Shown: one piece after another, positions 19,795 to 28,075 of the stretch
Numbering within the stretch: position 1 is the stretch's first letter
How the letters are laid out: each line of letters opens with the position of its first letter
Assembly: GCA_050294405.1 (NCBI GenBank)
Contig: JBNKOC010000028.1
Location: forward strand, 320,001-384,000
Source: Fibrobacteria bacterium
GTDB lineage: Bacteria > Fibrobacterota > Fibrobacteria > UBA11236 > JADFYW01
Direction: 5' to 3'
Length of the DNA: 64,000 nt
Program-made: the position numbers and the translations under genes
Notes under the pieces: generated by a model
Databases searched by the model: none
The model's input: the letters and a program-made list of their open reading frames with translations, nothing else
What the model was told of the DNA's origin: nothing

Positions 19795-21249
19795 ATGGCC
19801 GATGGTGATTTGACTTTTAAGCCCCATGTAACTCAAGATTTTAACGAGTCCAAAGATGGCCCTAAGGTATTAAGTCAAGAAAGCGATCTGATTCAGTTCA
19901 GAGAAACCTCAATTATCCCAGCTAATTTAACCCGGGATCAGGCCTTTAGTCTTATGGAAAAAATATTGACTAACATGGTGGGAGTAGGGTTTGTTGACAA
20001 GCCCCCCGGACGAAGAAACGCCTATTTGGATTGTGTAAGTTGGGAAAAGGGCTGCCGTTTTACCATGAAGTCGCAACATAAAGGTGAGGGAGACCATATC
20101 GAATCATCCTGCGCAACCTTTATTCGAAATGTTTGGTGGCTCATGGGGGCCCGGGAGGAGTTTATCGGAAGCCGACTGGGTTTTGGTACGAAGAAGGGCA
20201 TTATAAGAGTTTTAATTAACCATGCCCAAAAATATGGGGCTGCCTTTGGTCCCTTGGGATCGGGAAAGTTTGTACTAAATAAGCAGACAGACCCTCCTAC
20301 TCCTCCAGTAGATTTTAAACCAAAAAAAGGGGATGTATTATATATTTTTAAGAGCCCCTCTCAACATATTTTCACAGTCACTGATGTAATTGAGAGTTCA
20401 AATAAAATCACCCTTATCAGCATTGATGGAGGACAAAATGATATTGAAGCGGGAGCTGGTGGGAAGTTTCACCCCCAAGCCATAAAAAAAATTCAAAATG
20501 GACGTAGTTTAACTGGAAAAGTGGAAGACGGGGTATTCATTCCCGATACTTTAATTTTTAAAGAAGACGGTCCGCAGCGACCCATTGTCACTTGGATACA
20601 ATTCGATAAACTCTTTAAAAGTTTTAAAGCACCCTTAACAGAAACCGTAAGAAAAAAGGCTCCAATACCCAGCGATTCCATGGTGCCCAAAGGTACTCAG
20701 GGAAGTGATGCCGATAGCTCAAGCGCCGAGTTTGATCCGGAAGAAGAGTTTTCTACCAGATTGGCTATTCATCATCCGGTTGAAGGTGCCCTTGCTGATA
20801 AAGATGTTGTTGTATCCATTCCAGATGGTACGGAGGAAGCTGGCAAAACGGATGAAAATGGGATTGTCCGATTAAGCAACTTGTCTTCAGCAATTTACAG
20901 AATTCGCTTTGAGCATAAGGGTGAAAAAATAGATCAGACGGTAGCTTCTCAATTGGACCCTATTGATACAAAAGAAGGTGTGTGGCAAAGGCTGATAAAT
21001 CTTGGTTATGTTAAGATAGACAATCCGGGATCGAAGCCCCCTGAAGAAGGGGATGATTTTACCGTGGCCGTTATGGCATTTCAATTGGCCTACAGCCTTG
21101 AAACAGATACCGGGGAGGTGGATGAAGAAACCCGCACTGCTTTGCTTAAAGCCCATGATGAAGATGACCGGACCTGGAAAGATAGGGATTGGCCCGAAGT
21201 GGAATTTGACGATGATGCTATTGAAGATTCTAAAAGCGAGGTGACCTGA
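19795..21249 (+). CDS. Putative Cys-His (NlpC/P60/CHAP-like) amidase fused to transthyretin-like and C-terminal peptidoglycan-binding domains; no signal peptide
   Basis: SSCATF (Cys106), PKKGDVLYI, QHIFTV (His191), SIDGGQ; GKTDENG TTR-like segment; LDPIDT..GVWQRLINLGY..AVMAFQ..TGEVDEETRTAL PG_binding_1-like. Confidence 0.65.
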   Translation: MADGDLTFKPHVTQDFNESKDGPKVLSQESDLIQFRETSIIPANLTRDQAFSLMEKILTNMVGVGFVDKPPGRRNAYLDCVSWEKGCRFTMKSQHKGEGDHIESSCATFIRNVWWLMGAREEFIGSRLGFGTKKGIIRVLINHAQKYGAAFGPLGSGKFVLNKQTDPPTPPVDFKPKKGDVLYIFKSPSQHIFTVTDVIESSNKITLISIDGGQNDIEAGAGGKFHPQAIKKIQNGRSLTGKVEDGVFIPDTLIFKEDGPQRPIVTWIQFDKLFKSFKAPLTETVRKKAPIPSDSMVPKGTQGSDADSSSAEFDPEEEFSTRLAIHHPVEGALADKDVVVSIPDGTEEAGKTDENGIVRLSNLSSAIYRIRFEHKGEKIDQTVASQLDPIDTKEGVWQRLINLGYVKIDNPGSKPPEEGDDFTVAVMAFQLAYSLETDTGEVDEETRTALLKAHDEDDRTWKDRDWPEVEFDDDAIEDSKSEVT

Positions 21250-21250
21250 G

Positions 21251-22639
21251 ATGGCGGACCAAAATGAAACGAATAAAGGTTTGGTCCGAAAGGCGGGATT
21301 TAAAACGGCTTGGCTGGAATATCAGGATCCCCGTGATGCCGTGGCTCACATCCGCGGTTTCCACTCTCATTTAGGCTTCGATAATTTGTTTTTTCCCGGC
21401 TTACCATTTAAGGGAACTTCTAAAATAACATTAACATCCTCCAATTTATCAAAATTTGAAGTACGGAAAGAAAAATTTTTATCAAAGCTTAAGGCCTTTA
21501 TTGGTATTCCTCATGATGATGACTTAAGTTTTCTACAGCGCTGGGTTTGTAACCCCGGTATAGAATCCAATAAATTAAATAATACCACATTAAGCGAAGT
21601 GTCGGATATTTTATCGGTCAGCGGCCACGGTACTATCGGATGGGTTTTCGGAGACCGGTTCAGTAGCGGCGATCAACAGCAAATACATCTTCCCACCGCT
21701 TATAATAAAAGGGGGGGGACACATCTTACAGGCAGGCTCAAACTTTTAATGATTCCCGCCTGCACCAACGTAGCTTTTGAAAATTCGGTGCGTTGGGAAA
21801 ATGCTCTTATTGGACCGAACCCTATTCATATTATCCTGGGTTATCACGACTCCTATTCGGGAGATCACTTAGGAGGGTTGGTACAAAAAAAATTTGCCGA
21901 AATTCTGAGCAAGGATATAGACAAGCCAATTATAGAGGCCTGGAGGGAAGCCAATATGGCAGTATCTAGACCCCAGCCCTGGGCTGCTATAACAACCGAT
22001 CTCTTTCGAAATGAATCAATTTTAGATTGGGCGAGCATAGGTCCTCCATCTCCAGGTACGGCCCCACTTATACACTTCGATGAAAAGAATCCAGGCGGTA
22101 GGACAGTTCCGGTTAGTTTTGATTTTAATGTTCAATTTATTAATGATACTTCCACAGTAATTACCCATCTTAATAGTGCCACCGGGGCAAATCTAAATGC
22201 TGGAAAATCTGGTAAGTTGAGAATTACCGCTAATTCCACACCCTTTAAATCAGGGGATGTGTTACATGTTCTGTTTTATCTTTTTAGACCAACAAAACTG
22301 AAAATGGACTTGGATAAATTCCTTATTTTTGATCCCAGTCATTTTAGTTCTGGGCTTATTTCCAAAGTGGTGGATGGCAACAGTCGTAAGAGCAGTTCTC
22401 CCACTGGAAAGCCTGATGGGATTAAAATTAATGTATCTACCACTACCAGCCAGATTGAGCTTGATTTCACTGTATTTGGTACACCTGTTCCCTTTTGGTT
22501 GGGGTCAAATGGGCTGCTTCAAGGTCCCAATGGCTCTGTGGGAGTTTTTGTACCCGGGTTCTTTGGGCCTGGAGTTCCTTTAACCGATACCAAGAAAGAA
22601 CTTGTTTTCTACGGAAATAGCGCACTCTACATGCCATGA
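21251..22639 (+). CDS. Putative caspase/gingipain-fold protease-like protein (DUF6345-like) with unknown C-terminal domain
   Basis: DILSVSGHG (His126), LLMIPAC (Cys171), HIILGY, EAW pattern; no signal peptide. Confidence 0.5.
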   Translation: MADQNETNKGLVRKAGFKTAWLEYQDPRDAVAHIRGFHSHLGFDNLFFPGLPFKGTSKITLTSSNLSKFEVRKEKFLSKLKAFIGIPHDDDLSFLQRWVCNPGIESNKLNNTTLSEVSDILSVSGHGTIGWVFGDRFSSGDQQQIHLPTAYNKRGGTHLTGRLKLLMIPACTNVAFENSVRWENALIGPNPIHIILGYHDSYSGDHLGGLVQKKFAEILSKDIDKPIIEAWREANMAVSRPQPWAAITTDLFRNESILDWASIGPPSPGTAPLIHFDEKNPGGRTVPVSFDFNVQFINDTSTVITHLNSATGANLNAGKSGKLRITANSTPFKSGDVLHVLFYLFRPTKLKMDLDKFLIFDPSHFSSGLISKVVDGNSRKSSSPTGKPDGIKINVSTTTSQIELDFTVFGTPVPFWLGSNGLLQGPNGSVGVFVPGFFGPGVPLTDTKKELVFYGNSALYMP

Positions 22640-23622
22640 TCTGGAAACTAATATTTGCCATTCCAGCCTTTGTGGCTTCCTGCATTGCGCAAAATCCACA
22701 CATTCAATATATATCTTTGCCCGATTCACTGCAGCAGGTCAGCCTAATCGAAAAAGGCTATGCCTATTCGAAAATAGGAACAGATCAATTACAGCTTATT
22801 CTCGGTGATTCGTTATTTGAGTTTGAAATGCCCGGAGGAAGTTCTAACCTCAAATACAATGCTCGTCATAACATAATATATGGGTACAATTCTTATAACC
22901 TTCATATATATAATCTAGATTCTTTAAAACTCATTCATGCTACTTCAGGCAGAATGGGCGGGCTTGTTAACCAATGGGCAAATGAATTTTCTCATTATGC
23001 ATTAATGGGTATTGGTATGCCCAGTAAAAATTTTCTGGTTCAACATGATTTTAAAAATGGGAGCAGAAAACATATCCCATTACCGCAAAAATATTATCGT
23101 AATTTTTGGGTATTGAATGCAGGGATGGTTGTTTTAGCAGACCATAAATCCAAAAATGGAATTTCCTATGGCTTATATACATTACCACAGGATCCTAACG
23201 GGCCGGTGAAGGAAGTATTTGAAGTGGAAAGAAAAAAATCGGAACAAGAAGAACGGCCAATATTTTATTCCCTTTTCGCTGCGGATTCTTCTCAGGATAT
23301 AATCTTAAACTCTAACCCTGTTACCAAAAAAATAGATGTATACCAGTTTAAGGATAAAACCAAAAAAACCTTGGATATACAAGTCTCAAAAACAAAGTGG
23401 ATTAATCTGGAAAAAAATATTTTTTATTGGCATGATGCCGACTCGAGTCTGATCAAAAGGGGATATGTTGAAGGAACACAGCTAAAAAATATTTGTACCC
23501 TGGGTCAGGTAGATTCCAGCGCTTCGCAATTTACCACAAACAAAAATCAAATTGCCTGGCTTGAAAAAGTAGAAGGTAAAAAACGTTTGGCAATTGTTTC
23601 AAAGGAATGTTTCTCACCTTAA
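22636..23622 (+). CDS. Exported beta-rich hypothetical protein (candidate immunity/partner)
   Basis: N-terminal signal (MIWKLIFAIPAFVASC, possible lipobox); ATGA overlap with the upstream gene; blade-like short beta strands. Confidence 0.65.
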   Translation: MIWKLIFAIPAFVASCIAQNPHIQYISLPDSLQQVSLIEKGYAYSKIGTDQLQLILGDSLFEFEMPGGSSNLKYNARHNIIYGYNSYNLHIYNLDSLKLIHATSGRMGGLVNQWANEFSHYALMGIGMPSKNFLVQHDFKNGSRKHIPLPQKYYRNFWVLNAGMVVLADHKSKNGISYGLYTLPQDPNGPVKEVFEVERKKSEQEERPIFYSLFAADSSQDIILNSNPVTKKIDVYQFKDKTKKTLDIQVSKTKWINLEKNIFYWHDADSSLIKRGYVEGTQLKNICTLGQVDSSASQFTTNKNQIAWLEKVEGKKRLAIVSKECFSP

Positions 23623-23656
23623 ATATTTCCCAGCAACCCCAACTCTTTATTAAACT

Positions 23657-24277
23657 TTAAACATCAGGAAGTGTCATCATCAGAAAACCTCCAAAGGCAG
23701 GGGTATTTGGGGCTATGTTTGGGTTTACTTGTTTTTTCATTTCCAAAATAGATTTCCGATATTTTTTATAAAAATCCCAGGTTGGAGTGGGGTGGTAGGT
23801 TAACTCCAACCCGAATTTTTCGATTACAAGCTTTGCTGTTGTGGGCTTGATAAATACTTCCTTATTCGGGTTGTAATAAGTCTGAATTATTGTGGCCAGG
23901 GACCATTTTCCTAGTTTGTGATGCTGCAAATCAAACACAAATTGTTCGAAGCCCATTTGTTGCCTGCCGTGTAGAAGCTCATATAGGGTTTTTGCTAATT
24001 GCTCCTTTTTTTTTGTGTTGAGACTCTTTAGCATGTCTCTGAATTTGGGTTTTTCGAACATGGATACCATAGAAGACCTGCTTACCAGTTTACCCATGTT
24101 TGCAATAATATCATTAGGGTTTTCAAAAGCCTTTTTGCTAAATGATTCTTTCGCAAAAGTAGTTTGCTGTTCCATCTTGTGCTTTTTTCCTATTGCTGCC
24201 ATTTCGGGATGGTTGAAGCCTCCCGGGTATTTTTTTAAAAATAATTTTTCAGCTTTTTTTAAAATTTCGTGGTTCAT
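23657..24277 (-). CDS. Hypothetical cytoplasmic protein
   Basis: 206-aa ORF with normal composition and AGGA upstream; function not recognised. Confidence 0.75.
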   Translation of the reverse strand: MNHEILKKAEKLFLKKYPGGFNHPEMAAIGKKHKMEQQTTFAKESFSKKAFENPNDIIANMGKLVSRSSMVSMFEKPKFRDMLKSLNTKKKEQLAKTLYELLHGRQQMGFEQFVFDLQHHKLGKWSLATIIQTYYNPNKEVFIKPTTAKLVIEKFGLELTYHPTPTWDFYKKYRKSILEMKKQVNPNIAPNTPAFGGFLMMTLPDV

Positions 24278-24349
24278 AAAAAACTTTCCTTTCGGTAACA
24301 GTGTTTATTTTAGACCTTTGCACATTTTTATTGTTACTATTAAGTTGAG

Positions 24350-25603
24350 CTAAGATTTTAGCATAGCAATGCGCCGTTCGTTTAAATATTCTTTTTCTGC
24401 TTCGTTACTTGTAAGTTCAATGGAGCGTTCTATCGAGTTTACCGCATTGTGATACTCTTTTTTTTTGAAAAAATATTCTGCCATACACCCATGGTACAAA
24501 TATTCTCTTTGAGCTAAACTTTCGGGTTTGATTTTTCCAAGGGTTTCAATTGCACTGGGTAAATCATTGGTTTCAACTTGTATAACTGCGATGTTCAACA
24601 GGTTAAAGGACGAAGGTCTTTGTTGATTCAGTAAAAAATACCAGTTTAAAAGCGCTTTCCAGTTTGTACTTTGAAAAGAAGAGCTTTTAACATGTTCCAT
24701 GGCAATTGTCGCCTCTAACTGATAACTGGTCATTTCTTCCTTGCTATCCAGTCCTTGAAACGATTTCTCATAGGCCGTACTTCCAAGTTCAATCATAGGT
24801 TTGTACCACAGTGAGCGATCTTGCTTACGAATATTAATAAGTTCACCTTGTTCATTCACTTTGCTTTTAAGACGGGAAGCATGTAGGCACATTAATGCAA
24901 ACAGGGCATACAACTCGGAAGAGCGCAGGTTCTTTTTTTTCAGTAATATTTGACATAGTCTCATGGCTTCGCCGCATAACTCATCACGAATAAGCCGATG
25001 TTTGTTTGTGCTATGAAAACCTTCATTAAATGCAAGATAAATAACCTCCATCACGCGGGCCATTCTGTTTTTTAACTGATCTCCTTGTGGAATTTTAAAC
25101 TGAATATTTTTATCACGGATAATTTTGCGAGCTCGAGCCAGCCTTTTTTTTACAGTTTCTTCTTTGGTTAATAATGCTGCTGATATTTCACTTTGGCTAA
25201 AACCAGACAAGGTTTTGAGGGCGAAAACAATTTGTTCCTGAGGTTTTAATTCAGGATGACAGGCAACAAATATCATGCGGAGTTGGCTGTCTTCTATTTC
25301 ATGTTCGAGAAACATTTCATTTAACTGCAAACTGGCGGCACCTGTGTTCATTTTTAGAAGTCTGGCATCCTCAGCTTTTATCTTGCGCAAAAGATCGATT
25401 GTTCGGTTTTTGGCTGCGGCTAAAAGTTGAGCTTCGGGATTTTCTGGGTTATGATTTCTCCACGAGATTGATATTTTTAAAAAAGTGTCGTGAATGGCAT
25501 CTTCAATAGTTTCTAGATGTTTTAGGCCGAAAATTCGGGTAAGAATAGCCACCATCTTGGCATATTGATGCCTAAACAGATGGTGGACCAGGGATTGTTT
25601 CAT
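24350..25603 (-). CDS. ECF sigma factor with C-terminal TPR extension (ECF42-like, DUF6596)
   Basis: IEDAIHDTF region 2, LRMIFVACHP, YLAFNEG, YQLEATIA motifs; preceded by a YciI/DGPF gene. Confidence 0.9.
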   Translation of the reverse strand: MKQSLVHHLFRHQYAKMVAILTRIFGLKHLETIEDAIHDTFLKISISWRNHNPENPEAQLLAAAKNRTIDLLRKIKAEDARLLKMNTGAASLQLNEMFLEHEIEDSQLRMIFVACHPELKPQEQIVFALKTLSGFSQSEISAALLTKEETVKKRLARARKIIRDKNIQFKIPQGDQLKNRMARVMEVIYLAFNEGFHSTNKHRLIRDELCGEAMRLCQILLKKKNLRSSELYALFALMCLHASRLKSKVNEQGELINIRKQDRSLWYKPMIELGSTAYEKSFQGLDSKEEMTSYQLEATIAMEHVKSSSFQSTNWKALLNWYFLLNQQRPSSFNLLNIAVIQVETNDLPSAIETLGKIKPESLAQREYLYHGCMAEYFFKKKEYHNAVNSIERSIELTSNEAEKEYLNERRIAMLKS

Positions 25604-25606
25604 TTG

Positions 25607-25954
25607 TTAGCGTTCGAAAACGACGACTTCGCGGACCTCTACAGTCCCGCCCAATTCAAAATCAGGGTAGTTTTTTGCTTCTTCCAATGCCGCCTCAAAG
25701 TTTTCTGCTGAAATAAGGTAATAACCCCCGATGAGTTCTTTTCCTTCTACAAATGGCCCGTCAGAGATAACCCGGTTTTCCCCTGTAATTCGTTTAGCCG
25801 GGGTTTGCAGTGCGTTACCACCTTTAAAAATCCCTTTTTTCGTCATGGCATCTGCCCAGGCAAACCATCTGCCCATACGATCTTGCATTTGCTCCGGACT
25901 TAGCCCTATTTGTTCGTAATTTGCTCCAATAAAAATCATCATAAAATCTTTCAC
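25607..25954 (-). CDS. YciI/DGPF-domain protein
   Basis: DGPFVEGKELIGGYYLI, VEVREV; GTG start with AAGGAG SD. Confidence 0.93.
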   Translation of the reverse strand: MKDFMMIFIGANYEQIGLSPEQMQDRMGRWFAWADAMTKKGIFKGGNALQTPAKRITGENRVISDGPFVEGKELIGGYYLISAENFEAALEEAKNYPDFELGGTVEVREVVVFER

Positions 25955-26042
25955 TTTTTTCTCCTTTAATGAAGTTGATTAAAAAATAACAGCAATCTTC
26001 AGTTTTTAGACTAAATAAGCCTTCTAAATTTGCTACTTCTAT

Positions 26043-26070
26043 AACGAAGCTGGACAGGGCATGGGGGACA
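26043..26070 (-). promoter_or_regulatory. Candidate ECF-type promoter TGTC-N20-CGTT upstream of yciI-ECF operon
   Basis: Minus strand reads TGTCCCCCATGCCCTGTCCAGCTTCGTTATA, resembling TGTC...CGTC promoters of ECF41/42-type sigmas. Confidence 0.45.
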
Positions 26071-26314
26071 ATTTTGTATAAAAATAATTTCTCATATAGC
26101 CAGTCTCTATGCAATTGAAGGATGAGGTTTGGAAAGCCTTTAATAAAATCCCTTATGTTTTGGAAAATTTGGCAAAAGCGTAGGAAATTTTCCAGCTGGA
26201 TTTTAAGAGGGAAATACTAAATTAAAGAATCCCGGTACAGATAAAGAAAAATGGGAATGCCCATTTTAGAATTAGAATAAATAACCGGTATAATTAAAAT
26301 AGGTTAAAATTATT

Positions 26315-28033
26315 ATGACAACATCAAAACTTAGAAGCCAGGAATGGTTTGGAAAATCAGGAAAAATCGGGTTTTTATACCGCAGTTGGATGCGCTCTCA
26401 GGGACTTCCCAGCGATCAATTTGAAGGCAAACCGGTCATAGGAATTTGCAACACCTGGTCCGAGCTTACCCCTTGCAACGCCCACCACCGTGAGTTAGCG
26501 GAATATGTCAAACGAGGCGTCTACGAAGCGGGCGGCCTTCCCCTGGAATTTCCAGTAACATCCTTGGGTGAAACATTAATGAGGCCTACAGCCATGTTGT
26601 TCAGAAATTTAGCCAGCATGGATGTGGAAGAAACCATCAGAGCAAACCCTTTAGACGCTGTAGTGTTGTTAACAGGTTGTGACAAAACTACGCCCTCCAC
26701 AGTGATGGGAGCTACCAGTGTGGGACTTCCCACCATTGTGCTTCCCGGCGGCCCCATGTTAAATGGAAAATTCAGAGGAAAAGATTTGGGTTCGGGCACC
26801 AGCCTCTGGGAGTTTAGCGAGGCCCTTCGCTGCGGCGAAATGACGGAAGAAGAATTTGCCGAAGCCGAAGCGGGCATGTCCCGCAGCCGGGGCAGTTGCA
26901 ATACCATGGGGACGGCATCTTCCATGGCCAGTATGGTGGAAGCTTTGGGGATGACCTTACCCGGAGCAGCGGCCATCCCTGCCGTAGATGCGCGCAGAAG
27001 AGTAATAGCCCATTTAACCGGACGCCGCATTGTGGACATGGTGCATGAAGATTTAACACCTGCTAAAATCATGACACGCAATGCATTGGAAAATGCCATT
27101 ATGGTTAATGCGGCATTAGGCGGCTCCACAAATTTTGTGGTTCATTTGTTAGCCATTGCCGGGCGTTTGGGAGTAAAGCTTGAGTTAGAGGATTTCGACA
27201 GATTGGGAAAACAAATTCCCTTGTTAGTAAACCTGATGCCCTCGGGGGAATATTTGATGGAGGACTTTTACTATGCCGGAGGTGTTCCTGCGGTGATTAA
27301 GGAATTGGAAAATGTGCTTCATAAAGATGTTGTGACTGCCAACGGAAAGTCTTTAACTGAAAATTCCAAAGATGTGGAATGTTATAATCGCAAAGTTATT
27401 GCGAGTCTGGAAAGCCCCTTCCAGAAAAATTCAGGCATAGCCGTGGTTCGGGGAAATTTGTGTCCTAATGGCGCAATCATTAAACCCTCCGCAGCTACGC
27501 CAGAATTGTTAGTGCACAAAGGTAAAGCGGTTGTTTTTGAAAACATTGAGGACTATCACGCACGGGTAGATGATCCCGATTTAGATGTAGAAGAAAACAG
27601 CGTGTTAGTGCTAAAGGGTGTAGGACCCAGAGGCTATCCCGGCATGCCTGAAGTAGGAAACATGGGCATTCCCAAAAAGCTTTTGGAAAAAGGCGTCCGG
27701 GATATGGTGCGCATTTCCGATGGCCGTATGAGCGGAACAGCCTTTGGAGCTGTGTTTTTACATGTAGCCCCTGAAAGCGCTATTGGCGGCCCCTTGGCTC
27801 TGGTGCAAAATGGCGATGTTATTGAAGTGGATGTGCCCAATAGAAGTTTGCGATTGGATATTTCTGATGAAGAAATGGAAAAGCGTAGGGCAGCCTGGAC
27901 TCCGCCTGAACCTGAATTTACAAGAGGCTATGCCAGCTTGTATGTAAACAGTGTACTACAAGCTGACCGTGGGGTTGATTTTGATTTTCTGGTGGGAAAT
28001 TCAGGAGGCTTTGTAAGGCGTGACTCCCATTAG
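26315..28033 (+). CDS. IlvD/Edd-family sugar-acid dehydratase (L-arabinonate/D-xylonate dehydratase type)
   Basis: TPCN, GCDKT, CNTMGTASSM, GYPGMPE, SDGRMSGT; N-terminal LRSQEWFG typical of pentonate dehydratases. Confidence 0.92.
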   Translation: MTTSKLRSQEWFGKSGKIGFLYRSWMRSQGLPSDQFEGKPVIGICNTWSELTPCNAHHRELAEYVKRGVYEAGGLPLEFPVTSLGETLMRPTAMLFRNLASMDVEETIRANPLDAVVLLTGCDKTTPSTVMGATSVGLPTIVLPGGPMLNGKFRGKDLGSGTSLWEFSEALRCGEMTEEEFAEAEAGMSRSRGSCNTMGTASSMASMVEALGMTLPGAAAIPAVDARRRVIAHLTGRRIVDMVHEDLTPAKIMTRNALENAIMVNAALGGSTNFVVHLLAIAGRLGVKLELEDFDRLGKQIPLLVNLMPSGEYLMEDFYYAGGVPAVIKELENVLHKDVVTANGKSLTENSKDVECYNRKVIASLESPFQKNSGIAVVRGNLCPNGAIIKPSAATPELLVHKGKAVVFENIEDYHARVDDPDLDVEENSVLVLKGVGPRGYPGMPEVGNMGIPKKLLEKGVRDMVRISDGRMSGTAFGAVFLHVAPESAIGGPLALVQNGDVIEVDVPNRSLRLDISDEEMEKRRAAWTPPEPEFTRGYASLYVNSVLQADRGVDFDFLVGNSGGFVRRDSH

Positions 28034-28038
28034 GCCTA

Positions 28039-28068
28039 TCCCAACATTGAAGTTCTTCAATGTTGGGA
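28039..28068. terminator. Perfect 14-bp inverted repeat between convergent genes (probable bidirectional terminator)
   Basis: TCCCAACATTGAAG-tt-CTTCAATGTTGGGA. Confidence 0.75.
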
Positions 28069-28075
28069 GTTTCTG

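Noticed and set aside
25824..26114. 96-aa minus-strand ORF overlapping the yciI start
   Set aside because: TTG start, overlaps a clear gene in another frame and covers its promoter region.
26521..27129. 202-aa antisense ORF inside the dehydratase
   Set aside because: It is a shadow of a well-conserved gene on the opposite strand and has no recognisable motifs.
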